From Gemmatimonadota bacterium (GTDB lineage: Bacteria; Gemmatimonadota; Gemmatimonadetes; Gemmatimonadales; GWC2-71-9), in the NCBI GenBank assembly GCA_031400975.1, contig JANNQX010000168.1, forward strand, positions 591-64,590: DNA of 64,000 nt, given 5' to 3'. Position 1 is the stretch's first letter. Every line of letters starts with the position of its first letter. Positions 36,733 to 46,110 of the stretch are shown here, piece by piece. The position numbers and the translations under genes are program-made. The notes beneath the pieces were generated by a model. The model searched no databases. It had not been told where the DNA came from and worked only from the letters and a program-made list of their open reading frames with translations.

Positions 36733-38111
36733 TGTCGATGCGGCTCCTGGCGGTGGTTTTCATGACCGGCGCGGTCCTCGCGCCCGTCACCGTTCGCGCC
36801 CAACGACCCCGCGCGGAGTGGGTCAAGACGATCGACTCCGTGGCGATGGCACCGATCCAGCGGGGCCAAATTGCCGGAATGTCGGTGGCTGTCGTCAAGG
36901 GCAGGGATACGGTGCTAATCAAGGGGTATGGCAGTGCTGATCTGGACCTCGAGGTTCTGACTCCGGCCAACGCGGTCTATGAAATTGGTTCGGTCACTAA
37001 GCAGTTTACCACGGCGGCGTTGCTCCAGTTGGTCGAGCAAGGCAAGCTGTCGCTCGACGATGACATCACCAAGTACCTGCTCAACTATCCGTCGCGCGGA
37101 AACGCGATCTCGATTCGGCGGATCCTCGACCATACCTCGGGGATCCGGAGTTACACCGAGATCGCCGAAGCCCGCCCGATGTTCAAGAATCCGATCTCCA
37201 AAGACTCTTTGGTGGCGCTCTTTTCAAGCAAAGGCTTCGACTTCGCGCCGGGCACGAATCTGGTCTACAACAACTCGGCGTTCTTCCTAGCGGGTATGAT
37301 CGTCGAGAAAGTCAGCGGCCGGTCGTACCCGGACTACATCCAGGCGAACATCTTTGACCGCTTGGGAATGACCGGTTCGAAGTACTGCAGTGACACGGCC
37401 CTCATGAAACGCAAGGTTCACGGCTATGGGTTTGGCCCATCAGGGCTTGTCAAGGCGTCTGCCCAGGAGCACAGTTGGCCCTTTGCCGCTGGGTCGCTTT
37501 GCTCGACGGCCGGTGATCTGATCACCTGGCTCAAAGCTCTCCACACGACCGACCGAGTCATCAGCCGGGCATCGTACCAGGAGATGATCACTCCGGGGAC
37601 CTTGAATGACGGGTACCGGGTTCGTTACGCCAAAGGCATCGTGGCCGGCGAAGAAGATGGCCGCCGAATGATCTCCCATGGCGGCGGGATCAGCGGCTTC
37701 GTCTCCGAAACGCGCTACTACCCTGCCGAGGACCTGTGGGTCGTGGTGCTGATCAATACGGCTGGTCCAGTCGGGGCACCTGACGTGGCCAAGGCAATGG
37801 CCCGGGTTGTGTTAGGCCTCGGCAAGGAGCTCAAAGGAGAGACCTTCACCGGCGATCTCAGTCAAGTGGCGGGCAGGTATCGAGGGGTCGGGCGGGGGTC
37901 ACCGACGGAGTTGACGCTGGCGGTGGACGGTGGCGTTCTCAAGGCTCGCCAACGAAACCAGACCGCGGATCGGCCGCTGACTTACATGGGCAACGACATG
38001 TTTCAGGGACCGAACTCCGATCGCTACTGGGTGATTCGTGAGGGTGGCCGGGTCGCGGCGATCCGGGTAGACCTGGTCTCGGTGGTGTCGATGACCCGGA
38101 GGGTCGAGTGA
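36732..38111 (+). CDS. serine hydrolase (class C beta-lactamase/PBP4-like), copy 2 (tandem paralog)
   Basis: It has the same motifs as copy 1 (SVTKQFT, YNNSAFFLAG, SHGGGISGF) and is colinear with it. GTG at 36732 or ATG at 36738. Confidence 0.85.
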   Translation: MSMRLLAVVFMTGAVLAPVTVRAQRPRAEWVKTIDSVAMAPIQRGQIAGMSVAVVKGRDTVLIKGYGSADLDLEVLTPANAVYEIGSVTKQFTTAALLQLVEQGKLSLDDDITKYLLNYPSRGNAISIRRILDHTSGIRSYTEIAEARPMFKNPISKDSLVALFSSKGFDFAPGTNLVYNNSAFFLAGMIVEKVSGRSYPDYIQANIFDRLGMTGSKYCSDTALMKRKVHGYGFGPSGLVKASAQEHSWPFAAGSLCSTAGDLITWLKALHTTDRVISRASYQEMITPGTLNDGYRVRYAKGIVAGEEDGRRMISHGGGISGFVSETRYYPAEDLWVVVLINTAGPVGAPDVAKAMARVVLGLGKELKGETFTGDLSQVAGRYRGVGRGSPTELTLAVDGGVLKARQRNQTADRPLTYMGNDMFQGPNSDRYWVIREGGRVAAIRVDLVSVVSMTRRVE

Positions 38112-39352
38112 GCCGGGGGCTGCTTCTTGGGGCTTTGATAGCCGTCCTTCCCCTGGTTGGCCGGGCCCAAGTCCGGGGGGCCGACGGAACCCTGCCGCAG
38201 CCGGACCTCGCGCTCACCAATGCCAATGTGGTTGATGTCCGGACGGGTGCGATCAGGCGGGGAGTGACGGTTCTGGTCCGGGCCGGCCGGATCGTCTCGG
38301 TCGGAACGGGCGGGGTCGCCGCCGGAATCACCACGGTTGATCTCCGGGGCAAATACGTGGTGCCGGGCCTGATGGATGCCCACACCCATCTCGACAACTT
38401 GGCCTCGGCCAAACGGGCGCTCGAAACCGGCGTCACCACGGTTCGAAGCGCCAGCGTCGGATCGTTCCGGGACGTGGCCCTCCGCGACATGGCGAAAGCG
38501 GGGTTCATCGCGGGCCCGGACGTGCTGGCGGCGGGTCTGTTCGTCACGCCCAATCTCGATGATGCGGTATTGGCCGATCCTTCGTTAGGCAACTTGATTG
38601 CCGGGGTCACCACGATCGACCGGCTTCGTCAGCTGGTCCGGGTCAACGCGGCTCACGGCGTGGATGTCATCAAGACCCGGGGTACCGAACGGGCCGGGCG
38701 CCCGGAAACCGATCCCCGCCAGCAGGTCTATACCGAGGCCGAGCTTCGGGCGGTAGTCGACGAGGCCGGCTTGAAGAACATTCCGGTGCTGGCCCATGCC
38801 CATGGCGATGAAGGAGCCTATGCCGCCGTAAAAGCCGGGGTCAGAAGCATCGACCATGGAACCTATTTGTCGGATTCGACTTTGGCCTTGATGAAAGCCA
38901 AGGGTACCTACTTGGTGCCGACCTACTCGACCCTGGTCGACTTGATTGAACCGGGCGGTGACTACGACGACCCGGTCACCAAAGCCCGAGGCCTGCATAT
39001 GATGCCGCGGATGGAGGTGACGTTTCGAAAGGCCCATGCCCTGGGCATCAAGATCGTCGCCGGTGCCGATGTGAGCTACACGCCGGTCAGCATTACCAGG
39101 GTATCCCACGAGGTGGCGAATTTCGTGAAATTGGGGATGACCCCGCTCGAGGCTCTGCAATCGGCCACGATCGGCGCGGCCGAGCTGTTTCGGATTGAGA
39201 AGCGAACCGGGGCCATCGAGCCCGGACTCGAAGCCGATCTGATCGTGGTGGAGGACAACCCGTTGGAATTGGTCCGGACGCTGCAGGATGTGCTGTTCGT
39301 GATGAGCAACGGCCGGATCGCGGTCGACCGGCTCCGGTTTGGAAAGACCTGA
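38108..39352 (+). CDS. secreted amidohydrolase-family protein
   Basis: 414 aa with a signal peptide. PGLMDAHTHL, HAHGDEG, ADLIVVEDNPL. Overlaps the preceding gene by 4 nt. Confidence 0.8.
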   Translation: MSRGLLLGALIAVLPLVGRAQVRGADGTLPQPDLALTNANVVDVRTGAIRRGVTVLVRAGRIVSVGTGGVAAGITTVDLRGKYVVPGLMDAHTHLDNLASAKRALETGVTTVRSASVGSFRDVALRDMAKAGFIAGPDVLAAGLFVTPNLDDAVLADPSLGNLIAGVTTIDRLRQLVRVNAAHGVDVIKTRGTERAGRPETDPRQQVYTEAELRAVVDEAGLKNIPVLAHAHGDEGAYAAVKAGVRSIDHGTYLSDSTLALMKAKGTYLVPTYSTLVDLIEPGGDYDDPVTKARGLHMMPRMEVTFRKAHALGIKIVAGADVSYTPVSITRVSHEVANFVKLGMTPLEALQSATIGAAELFRIEKRTGAIEPGLEADLIVVEDNPLELVRTLQDVLFVMSNGRIAVDRLRFGKT

Positions 39353-39469
39353 CGAGACAGCCAATTGGGGCCGCTTGCGCCGTTAGAACCAATCCGAGCC
39401 CTGAGGCGTAGTAGATCCGTGGCGGCTCCATGGGTCATGTCGCTTTTTTCCCAATTGTCGGAGGGTAGG

Positions 39470-40066
39470 ATGATGATCGTCAAGACGCTCGGTGCGATGG
39501 TGTTCATGGCTTCCACGGTAGCGGCCCAGGGGCTGCCGGCCGGCTGGATGGCTCGTCCGGATAAGGGCGATGTCAGCATGGCCAAATTCACCGCGATGGG
39601 TGGAGGGTTTCACGTCAGCCCCGGTCAGGCCGCGGTGTACTATCGCGAGGCCGACAAGGTCGCCGGGAAGTTCCACACCCTGGCCACCTTTACCCAGACC
39701 AAAGCGCCCGAGCACCCCGAAGCGTACGGGATGGTGTTTGCCGGCAAGGACTTAGCTGGTGAAGGACAGAGCTACGTCTACTTCCTGGTCCGGGGCGACG
39801 GCAAGTACTCAGTCAAGAAGCGAACCGGCGCGACCGCGTCCGATGTCGTGGCCTGGACCAATTCCGACGCGCTTCAAAAAGCTGACGCGTCCGGCAAGGC
39901 CACCAACAAACTCGAGATTGACGCGAGCGGCGCCAAGGTGGCCTTCTTAGTCAACGGCAAGACGGTGTACGAAATGGCCGTGGCGGATGTGGCCGGCTAT
40001 GTCGGGCTTCGGGTCAATCACGCCCTCGACGTCCAAATCGAAGGGTTTGCCGTCCACAAGCTCTAG
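39470..40066 (+). CDS. secreted DUF1080/LamG-like jelly-roll protein
   Basis: ATG 39470 gives MMIVKTLGAMVFMASTVAAQG. Pattern YGMVFAGKDL...YFLVRGDGKYSVKK...GLRVNHALDVQIEGFAV resembles 3-keto-disaccharide hydrolase/DUF1080 proteins. Confidence 0.5.
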   Translation: MMIVKTLGAMVFMASTVAAQGLPAGWMARPDKGDVSMAKFTAMGGGFHVSPGQAAVYYREADKVAGKFHTLATFTQTKAPEHPEAYGMVFAGKDLAGEGQSYVYFLVRGDGKYSVKKRTGATASDVVAWTNSDALQKADASGKATNKLEIDASGAKVAFLVNGKTVYEMAVADVAGYVGLRVNHALDVQIEGFAVHKL

Positions 40067-40090
40067 TCTGGGCGGGAGTGCGGCACCGAA

Positions 40091-40130
40091 GGAGCGCAAC
40101 CAGTAGGGGGTTGCGCTCCTTCTTGTTTTT
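40091..40130 (+). terminator. rho-independent terminator
   Basis: GGAGCGCAAC-cagtagggg-GTTGCGCTCC, a 10-bp perfect stem, followed by TCTTGTTTTT. It lies 25 nt after the stop at 40066. Confidence 0.8.
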
Positions 40131-40331
40131 GCAGCCTCCCCTCGGACACTTCCCGCCCGATTTTCAACTGGCCACCCTGGCCGGACTCGCGGGTCATGAG
40201 CCTTTTCCAGGCTGGGTGTCGCGTCTGCTGGGGCAAGGGTGTTGTTCCGGTCCTGGCCCGTTACGCCGCTTAGGAGCCCACCCCCACAGCCCAGTTGACC
40301 GGAGCGCAATCGGGTACGAAACTTCGTTCCG

Positions 40332-41021
40332 ATGCCACATCGCGAACTTCATCGAACCGAGCACATTGGCTGGCTTCGGGCCGCCGTTTTAGGGGCCAAC
40401 GACGGCCTGATTTCCACCAGCAGTCTGGTGGTTGGGGTCGCGGCGGCCGGTCCGAGTCCCGGTGCGGTGCTGGTCGCGGCCCTAGCCGGCCTGATGGCTG
40501 GGGCCCTGTCGATGGCGGCTGGTGAGTACGTCTCGGTTAGCTCCCAGGCGGATACTGAGCGGGCCGACCTCGCTCGGGAAGAGGGGGAACTTGCCACCTC
40601 GCCCGCCGCCGAGCATGCCGAACTTACCGGGATCTACGTGGCGCGGGGCCTAACGCCGGCACTGGCCGCGCAAGTCGCCGATCAGCTGACCGCGCACGAC
40701 GCCCTCGGGGCTCATGCGCGGGACGAGCTGGGGTTGAATGAAGCGACCCGGGCCCGGCCGCTCCAAGCTGGTCTGGCCTCAGCGGCGGCGTTTGCGGTCG
40801 GTGCGGCCCCGCCGGTTCTTCTCGCGGCGTTCTGGCCGACCTCGACTCTGACCCCGGCGGTCTTCGCAAGTTCATTGGTGCTGTTGGCGGTTCTGGGCGC
40901 GATGGCCGCTCGACTGGGCGGCGCCCCCCTCGTGGTCGGGGCGACGCGGGTGACTTTTTGGGGCGTGGTTGCGATGGGGGCAACGGCGCTGGTTGGACGA
41001 CTCTTTGGCGCCACCGGGTAG
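40332..41021 (+). CDS. VIT1/CCC1-family iron/manganese transporter
   Basis: HIGWLRAAVLGANDGLISTSSLVVGVAAA and a C-terminal polytopic region. Confidence 0.8.
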   Translation: MPHRELHRTEHIGWLRAAVLGANDGLISTSSLVVGVAAAGPSPGAVLVAALAGLMAGALSMAAGEYVSVSSQADTERADLAREEGELATSPAAEHAELTGIYVARGLTPALAAQVADQLTAHDALGAHARDELGLNEATRARPLQAGLASAAAFAVGAAPPVLLAAFWPTSTLTPAVFASSLVLLAVLGAMAARLGGAPLVVGATRVTFWGVVAMGATALVGRLFGATG

Positions 41022-41035
41022 GCCGACCGCGTCAG

Positions 41036-42790
41036 TTATCGGTGGCTCGTCAATTCGGCGGGGCTCGAACGGGCCGCGCGCCAGGCGGGGCCGAGCCCGG
41101 CCAAAAGGGTGACCGTGGTGAGGCCGGCCGCGACGCCCGTCACCAAACCGGGTCGCCAATAGGACACGCCCGGAATCAGCCGGGCGATTTCCGGCCACAC
41201 GACGGGCCCAAAGAATACCAAGCCAAGGCCGATGCCGGCGCCGGCTGCCGCCACCGCCCTCCCAAGCACGAAGCGCCGGATCTGCCATCGCCCCGCGCCG
41301 ACGGCCCGGCGAATCGCGAATTCACTCCGCGATGCCGACACCCAGCTGCCCATCAGGACCACGATGCCGCCGAGGGCCAGCAGCATCGTTGCGCCGCCTT
41401 CGAGACCGAACCACCGCCCAAACCATCGCAGGGCCGCTTCGCGCTGGCGGGCCACGGCGGCCCGACTCGTCCGGCTGATCACGACCACACCGTTAGGCGG
41501 TTCCAGTGGGGTCGATCCGGAGCCGACCCGCCACAACTCCGTGTGCTTCCCGGGAACCTGGAGCGTACTCAGATAGATGGTCTCCAGCGGCCTCAACTCC
41601 GCGCCGATACCCTGGGTGGCCCGATCGTCGACCACGCCGATCACCCGGTAGGCGGTCCCAATCATTCGGCCGGCCAAGAACACCTCTCGGCCAAGGGGTT
41701 GGCCGGATTCAAAGTACCGGGCGGCCAGATATTGATTGACGATGGCGACCGGGGCCGAGCCGGCCCGATCTTGGTCGGTGAAGGCCCGACCCTCAATGAC
41801 ACGGACCCCCCGGGCGCGAAACGTGTCGGCACTTGCGGTGTGATAGTTCGCGCGTAACGGTCGCCACTTGAGGTAGATGCCGCCGACATAGCATTGGCCG
41901 CAGTCGGTCGTAAGCTGATCGACGGTTCCCATTCCGTCATGTCCGCCTGGACTGGTCAGGCTAGCCACCACGTTCGAGTCGGTCTGCCGAATCGACCTGA
42001 GCAGCGCCTGATAGCTCGCCGCCCGAGCCTCGGCCGTTGCTCCCTGGTGCTCGAGCTGATCCACCGTGCCACTGGCTCGAGGTAACTCTCCTTGGGCCAC
42101 CTTGGCCCCGGTCGGGCCGATGATCAGGGCCGCACCGACCAAGGCGGCGAGACTCGCGCCGAGCTGAATGGCTGGAATCCACAAGGGCGGCGGGTTCTCG
42201 GACTGCTCCACGACCCGGCGAGACCGGGCTGCCCACAGCGGGAACAGCGAGCCCAAGCCCATCGCCACCGCCAAGACGATCAGTGGTCCCGCCGGGAAGG
42301 CAACCTTCATCGGGGTTGAGGGGCCGGGCCACCCGGCCACCGCTCCCGACGTTGCCAGCGCCGCGAGCCCAAGCCCGCCGGTGACGGTCAACACCCAGAT
42401 CGATGCTCCTTCGCCGAGGGCGGCGCCCAATATTGCCCGCCGGCTCGCTCCAACTGCCCGCCGTACGCCAACTTCCGCCACCCGCTGCGCCGCCAGGGTG
42501 GCCCAGAGTGCCAGGGCCGTGATGGCGCCGACCACCAACGCTCCCCAGCCGAGGGCGACCAGCCAGCCCAGGAGTTGGTCGACGGCCATCTGCTGAATGG
42601 CATTGGGCGAGGCCGCCGAGCCGGTCCACCGGAGTCCGGCATCCAACGGTTGAATTGGGGGCAGCGTAATGATCGGGAGACTGTTGCGTGGCGCCAGCAG
42701 TGTCGGGGTGGCGACGGCACTCAGGGCCACGACCCCCACGAGGGAGATCAGCACTCGAGCCGACCAGTGGGCTTGGAACCATCGAGTCAT
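41036..42790 (-). CDS. duplicated FtsX-domain ABC permease without adjacent ATPase (ADOP-like)
   Basis: The probable start is the internal ATG at 42790 (MTRWFQAHWSARVLISLVG). There are two FtsX-type modules (RRAVGASRRAILGAALGEG... and IRRAVGAGRWQIRRFVLGRA...). They are separated by a periplasmic domain. Confidence 0.7.
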   Translation of the reverse strand: MTRWFQAHWSARVLISLVGVVALSAVATPTLLAPRNSLPIITLPPIQPLDAGLRWTGSAASPNAIQQMAVDQLLGWLVALGWGALVVGAITALALWATLAAQRVAEVGVRRAVGASRRAILGAALGEGASIWVLTVTGGLGLAALATSGAVAGWPGPSTPMKVAFPAGPLIVLAVAMGLGSLFPLWAARSRRVVEQSENPPPLWIPAIQLGASLAALVGAALIIGPTGAKVAQGELPRASGTVDQLEHQGATAEARAASYQALLRSIRQTDSNVVASLTSPGGHDGMGTVDQLTTDCGQCYVGGIYLKWRPLRANYHTASADTFRARGVRVIEGRAFTDQDRAGSAPVAIVNQYLAARYFESGQPLGREVFLAGRMIGTAYRVIGVVDDRATQGIGAELRPLETIYLSTLQVPGKHTELWRVGSGSTPLEPPNGVVVISRTSRAAVARQREAALRWFGRWFGLEGGATMLLALGGIVVLMGSWVSASRSEFAIRRAVGAGRWQIRRFVLGRAVAAAGAGIGLGLVFFGPVVWPEIARLIPGVSYWRPGLVTGVAAGLTTVTLLAGLGPAWRAARSSPAELTSHR

Positions 42791-42868
42791 CGGTCCAATT
42801 TGAATCTCTGGGGGTTCGAGGGCAACCGGTGGCCAATTGAGAAACTTTCCCCGAAAGCCGGGCGTCGG

Positions 42869-42880
42869 TATAGAATAGGT
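42869..42880 (+). promoter_or_regulatory. possible -10 element (TATAGAAT) directly abutting the ATG of the first operon gene
   Basis: TAGAAT ends 4 nt before ATG 42881. No Shine-Dalgarno is visible. No good -35 at 17-bp spacing. Confidence 0.25.
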
Positions 42881-45193
42881 ATGTCGGCGGCCGCAACCTT
42901 CCTCGAGTCCCTGCTCGAAATCCTCCTCAAATATCCCCGTCGGGTGTTCGAGCAAGGCGTCTTGGTGTGGCAGGGAGCCGGCTCACTGTGGTTGGTGGGC
43001 CTTGCGGTCGCGGGCGGTATTGCCCTGGCTGTCTGGTCCTATCTCCGAGCCAGTCGGGCCAGTCGGGCCACGGTCGCGGATCGGATCGTCCTGACCCTGC
43101 TCCGCGCCGCGGCGATCGTCCTCTTGGGCGGGTGCCTGCTCCGCCCGGCCCTTTTGGTTTCGGTCTCCATACCGCAGCAAAACGTCCTCGGAATTCTGTT
43201 GGACGATTCGAAAAGTATGCTGATTCAGGACAGCGACTCGGGGACGCGATTGGACCAGGTCCGCCGGTTGTTCGGCGACTCGGCCGGTACGGTTGTTGAG
43301 CGTCTTTCGGAGCGATTTGCTCTCCGGTTCTACCGCTTCTCGGAAACGATGGAGCGGATCGATCGAGCCGCCGCCCTTCGGGGAACCGGTGGTCGCACCG
43401 ACCTTGCCGGGGCGCTGTCGGAGGTCCGGCGTGACTTCGCCGGGGTCTCGCTCGCGGGCTTGGTCGTCGTGACCGATGGGGCCGACAACGGTGGCCAGTC
43501 GATGTCGGATCCCGTGTTGTCGCTGCAGGCCGGCAAGATTCCGGTCTATGCCGTTGGGATTGGGCGAGAGCGGTTCGACCGCGACGTGTCGGTTGAACGG
43601 ATCGAACTCCCGCGCTCGACCTTGAAAGGCGCGGTGTTGTTGGGCTCCGTGACGCTTCGGGTTCGCGGGGTGGCGGGCGAGGTAGTTTCATTGACGGTAG
43701 AGGACAACGGGAAGATCGTCGCGACTCGGGAGGTAACGGTACCGAAGGGCACCGAGACGATCACGGTGCCGGTGCGGATCCCGCCGCTCGAGTCGGGGGT
43801 TCGTCCGATTCGAGTCCAAGTCCGGCCGCTCCGGGGCGAGGCCGTCAGCCAGAACAACAGCCAGGATGCCACGGTTCGGGTTCGAGGTCGCCGGGAGAAG
43901 ATCCTCTACGTCGAGGGCATTCTTCGGCCCGAGTTCGCGTTCCTCCGCCGGGCGGCGGCGGCGGACAGCAACCTCCAGGTCGTTGGTCTTCAGCGGAGCT
44001 CGAAAGGGAAGTTTCTCCGACTCGGGGTCGACGACAGCCTTGAGTTGGTCAAGGGTTTCCCCACCACCAGGAGCGAGTTGTTCCAATACCGGGCGTTGGT
44101 GCTCGGCACGATCGAGGCGGGTTTCTTCACCGCCGACCAGCTCCGGATGATCGGGGAGTTCGTATCGGAGCGGGGCGGGGGGCTCCTCGCGTTAGGCGGC
44201 CGGGCGTCCTTTGGCGAAGGGGCGTTTCAAAGCACGCCCGTCGCCGATGTCCTTCCGCTTTTGTTCGTCAATCGGACCGCCGATTCGGGCGAGGCGGCCG
44301 TCGAGCTTCGGGTCACCCCGACTCCCGCCGGACTCGGCAACGCGGCGTTGATCTTGACCGACCGCGAAGAAACCAATGCCGCCCGGTGGGACTCGCTACC
44401 GCCCCTCACCTCGGTGAACCGGCTCGGCGGATTGAAGCCCGGGGCCACGGTGCTGCTCGAGGGCCGGGCGCCACAGGGAGGCCAGGCGGTCCCGGTATTG
44501 GCTCAGCAGCGGTTCGGCCGGGGGCGGGCCCTGATGTTGGGGGTCCAAGACACCTGGCTTTGGCAAATGCACGCCGATCTGGATGTCCTGGACCAGACCC
44601 ACGAAACCCTGTGGCGGCAGTTGCTTCGGTTGCTGGTCGAGGAGGTTCCCGACCGCGTCGAGCTGGCGATGAGCCCCGAACACCCGGTGCCGGGGCAGCG
44701 AGTCACGATCCGGGCGGAGTTCTCCGATTCGACGTTCCTCCGGGTGAACGATGCCAGGCTGGCCGCTGACATCACCGCGGCCGACAATTCCGTCGCCTCG
44801 GTGCCGCTCGATTGGGGTCTGGCCCAGGATGGAGTGTACAGCGGCAGTTTCGTTGCCACGACCGAAGGGAGTTACCGGATCTTGGTGCGGGGAACGCGGG
44901 GCGGCGATTCGATTGTGACCGAGCCCGAGTTCCTCGATGTCGCCGACCGGGGGGCCGACTTTCTCAATGCCGAAATGCGGGCGCCGTTGCTGCGGCGCCT
45001 CGCGACCGAAACCGGCGGCAAGTTCTACACGGCCGCCACGGTCGATCAGCTCCCTGATGATGTGCTCTACACCGAGAGCGGCGTGACGGTCAAAGAAACT
45101 AAAGACCTCTGGGACATGCCGATCATCTTCCTTGGGTTGGTCGGCTTGCTTGGGACCGAATGGATCTATCGCCGGCGCCGGGGGCTGATATGA
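42881..45193 (+). CDS. membrane-anchored vWA-domain protein with class I glutamine-amidotransferase-like C-terminal module (Bat-like)
   Basis: ATG 42881. Two N-terminal TM helices. vWA MIDAS motif LLDDSKSM ... VVVTDGADNGG. GATase1-like segment YRALVLGTIEAGFFTADQLRMIGEFVSERGGGLLALGG. C-terminal TM helix. Confidence 0.75.
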   Translation: MSAAATFLESLLEILLKYPRRVFEQGVLVWQGAGSLWLVGLAVAGGIALAVWSYLRASRASRATVADRIVLTLLRAAAIVLLGGCLLRPALLVSVSIPQQNVLGILLDDSKSMLIQDSDSGTRLDQVRRLFGDSAGTVVERLSERFALRFYRFSETMERIDRAAALRGTGGRTDLAGALSEVRRDFAGVSLAGLVVVTDGADNGGQSMSDPVLSLQAGKIPVYAVGIGRERFDRDVSVERIELPRSTLKGAVLLGSVTLRVRGVAGEVVSLTVEDNGKIVATREVTVPKGTETITVPVRIPPLESGVRPIRVQVRPLRGEAVSQNNSQDATVRVRGRREKILYVEGILRPEFAFLRRAAAADSNLQVVGLQRSSKGKFLRLGVDDSLELVKGFPTTRSELFQYRALVLGTIEAGFFTADQLRMIGEFVSERGGGLLALGGRASFGEGAFQSTPVADVLPLLFVNRTADSGEAAVELRVTPTPAGLGNAALILTDREETNAARWDSLPPLTSVNRLGGLKPGATVLLEGRAPQGGQAVPVLAQQRFGRGRALMLGVQDTWLWQMHADLDVLDQTHETLWRQLLRLLVEEVPDRVELAMSPEHPVPGQRVTIRAEFSDSTFLRVNDARLAADITAADNSVASVPLDWGLAQDGVYSGSFVATTEGSYRILVRGTRGGDSIVTEPEFLDVADRGADFLNAEMRAPLLRRLATETGGKFYTAATVDQLPDDVLYTESGVTVKETKDLWDMPIIFLGLVGLLGTEWIYRRRRGLI

Positions 45194-46110
45194 TCGTCGC
45201 CCTAGGCTCACTTCTCTTTGCGGTGCAGACTCAGGTTGTCGTCGTCACCGGCCTGTCGGGGGAGCCCCAATACGCCGCGGCTTGGGCAAAACTCGGCGGC
45301 AGCGTCGTCGACCAAGCCAAACTGCGGTGGGGTGTCGGCGACTCGAGTCTCGTGTATTTGTCTGAGAATCCAGCCGTCGATCCCGCTCGGATGACCGGCC
45401 GGGCAAGCCGGGATGCCGTGCTCGCGGCGATCGGGCAAGTCTCGCGGCACACGGCAAAGAACGATGTCGTGCTGCTGCTTTTGATCGGGCATGGCAGCGA
45501 ACAGGGCGACGAAGCCCGGCTCAACCTCCCAGGCCCGGATCTGACGGCCCCCGATTTGGCGCAAGCCCTCAGGGCGCTGTCCGATCAAACGGTGGTGGTC
45601 GTCAACGCCGCCAGCGCCAGCGGCGGATTTCTCAAGGCCTTGGCCGGTCCGCGCCGCGTCGTCATCACGGCGACCAAAAGCGGTTTCGAACGTAACGCGA
45701 CCATGTTCGGCGACTTTTTCGTCACGGCCCTGAGCAGCGACGCGGCCGATGCCGACAAGAACGGCCGGGTCTCCGCGGCGGAGGCCTTTCAGTACGCCAG
45801 CCGCGAAGTGGCTCGGGCGTACGAAACGGGGAAGCGGCTCCTGACCGAGCACGCGCAGCTCGACGACAGTAACGGCGGCGCACTGGCTCGGGCGGTTGGC
45901 TTCGCGCTGGTGCCGGACACGGTTTCGAGCGACCCCCGGGTGTCGACATTGGTGGCGGAACGTCGTCGGCTGGAGGCGGCCATCACCGAACTCCGAGGCC
46001 GGAAGGCCCGAACCGACTCGACCGCCTATCAACGCGAGCTGGAGCACCTCCTGGTGTCGCTGGCCGAGGCCAACCAGGCCATTCGCGCCATCCAGAGGCA
46101 GACGCCATGA
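45190..46110 (+). CDS. legumain (C13)/caspase-fold protein with apparently substituted catalytic Cys, plus C-terminal coiled coil
   Basis: ATGA overlap with the upstream gene. It aligns by eye with legumain: VVVVTGLSGEPQY (VVIVAGSNGWYNY), LLLIGHGS (catalytic His-Gly), and about 41 aa later VVVVNAASASGGF in place of VFYIEACESGSMM. Confidence 0.5.
   Translation: MIVALGSLLFAVQTQVVVVTGLSGEPQYAAAWAKLGGSVVDQAKLRWGVGDSSLVYLSENPAVDPARMTGRASRDAVLAAIGQVSRHTAKNDVVLLLLIGHGSEQGDEARLNLPGPDLTAPDLAQALRALSDQTVVVVNAASASGGFLKALAGPRRVVITATKSGFERNATMFGDFFVTALSSDAADADKNGRVSAAEAFQYASREVARAYETGKRLLTEHAQLDDSNGGALARAVGFALVPDTVSSDPRVSTLVAERRRLEAAITELRGRKARTDSTAYQRELEHLLVSLAEANQAIRAIQRQTP

Noticed and set aside
40131-40331. 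yybP-ykoY manganese riboswitch ahead of the VIT-family transporter
   Set aside because: The conserved GGGGAGUAG and GAGAC-type elements are not visible. The region shows no convincing four-helix layout by eye.
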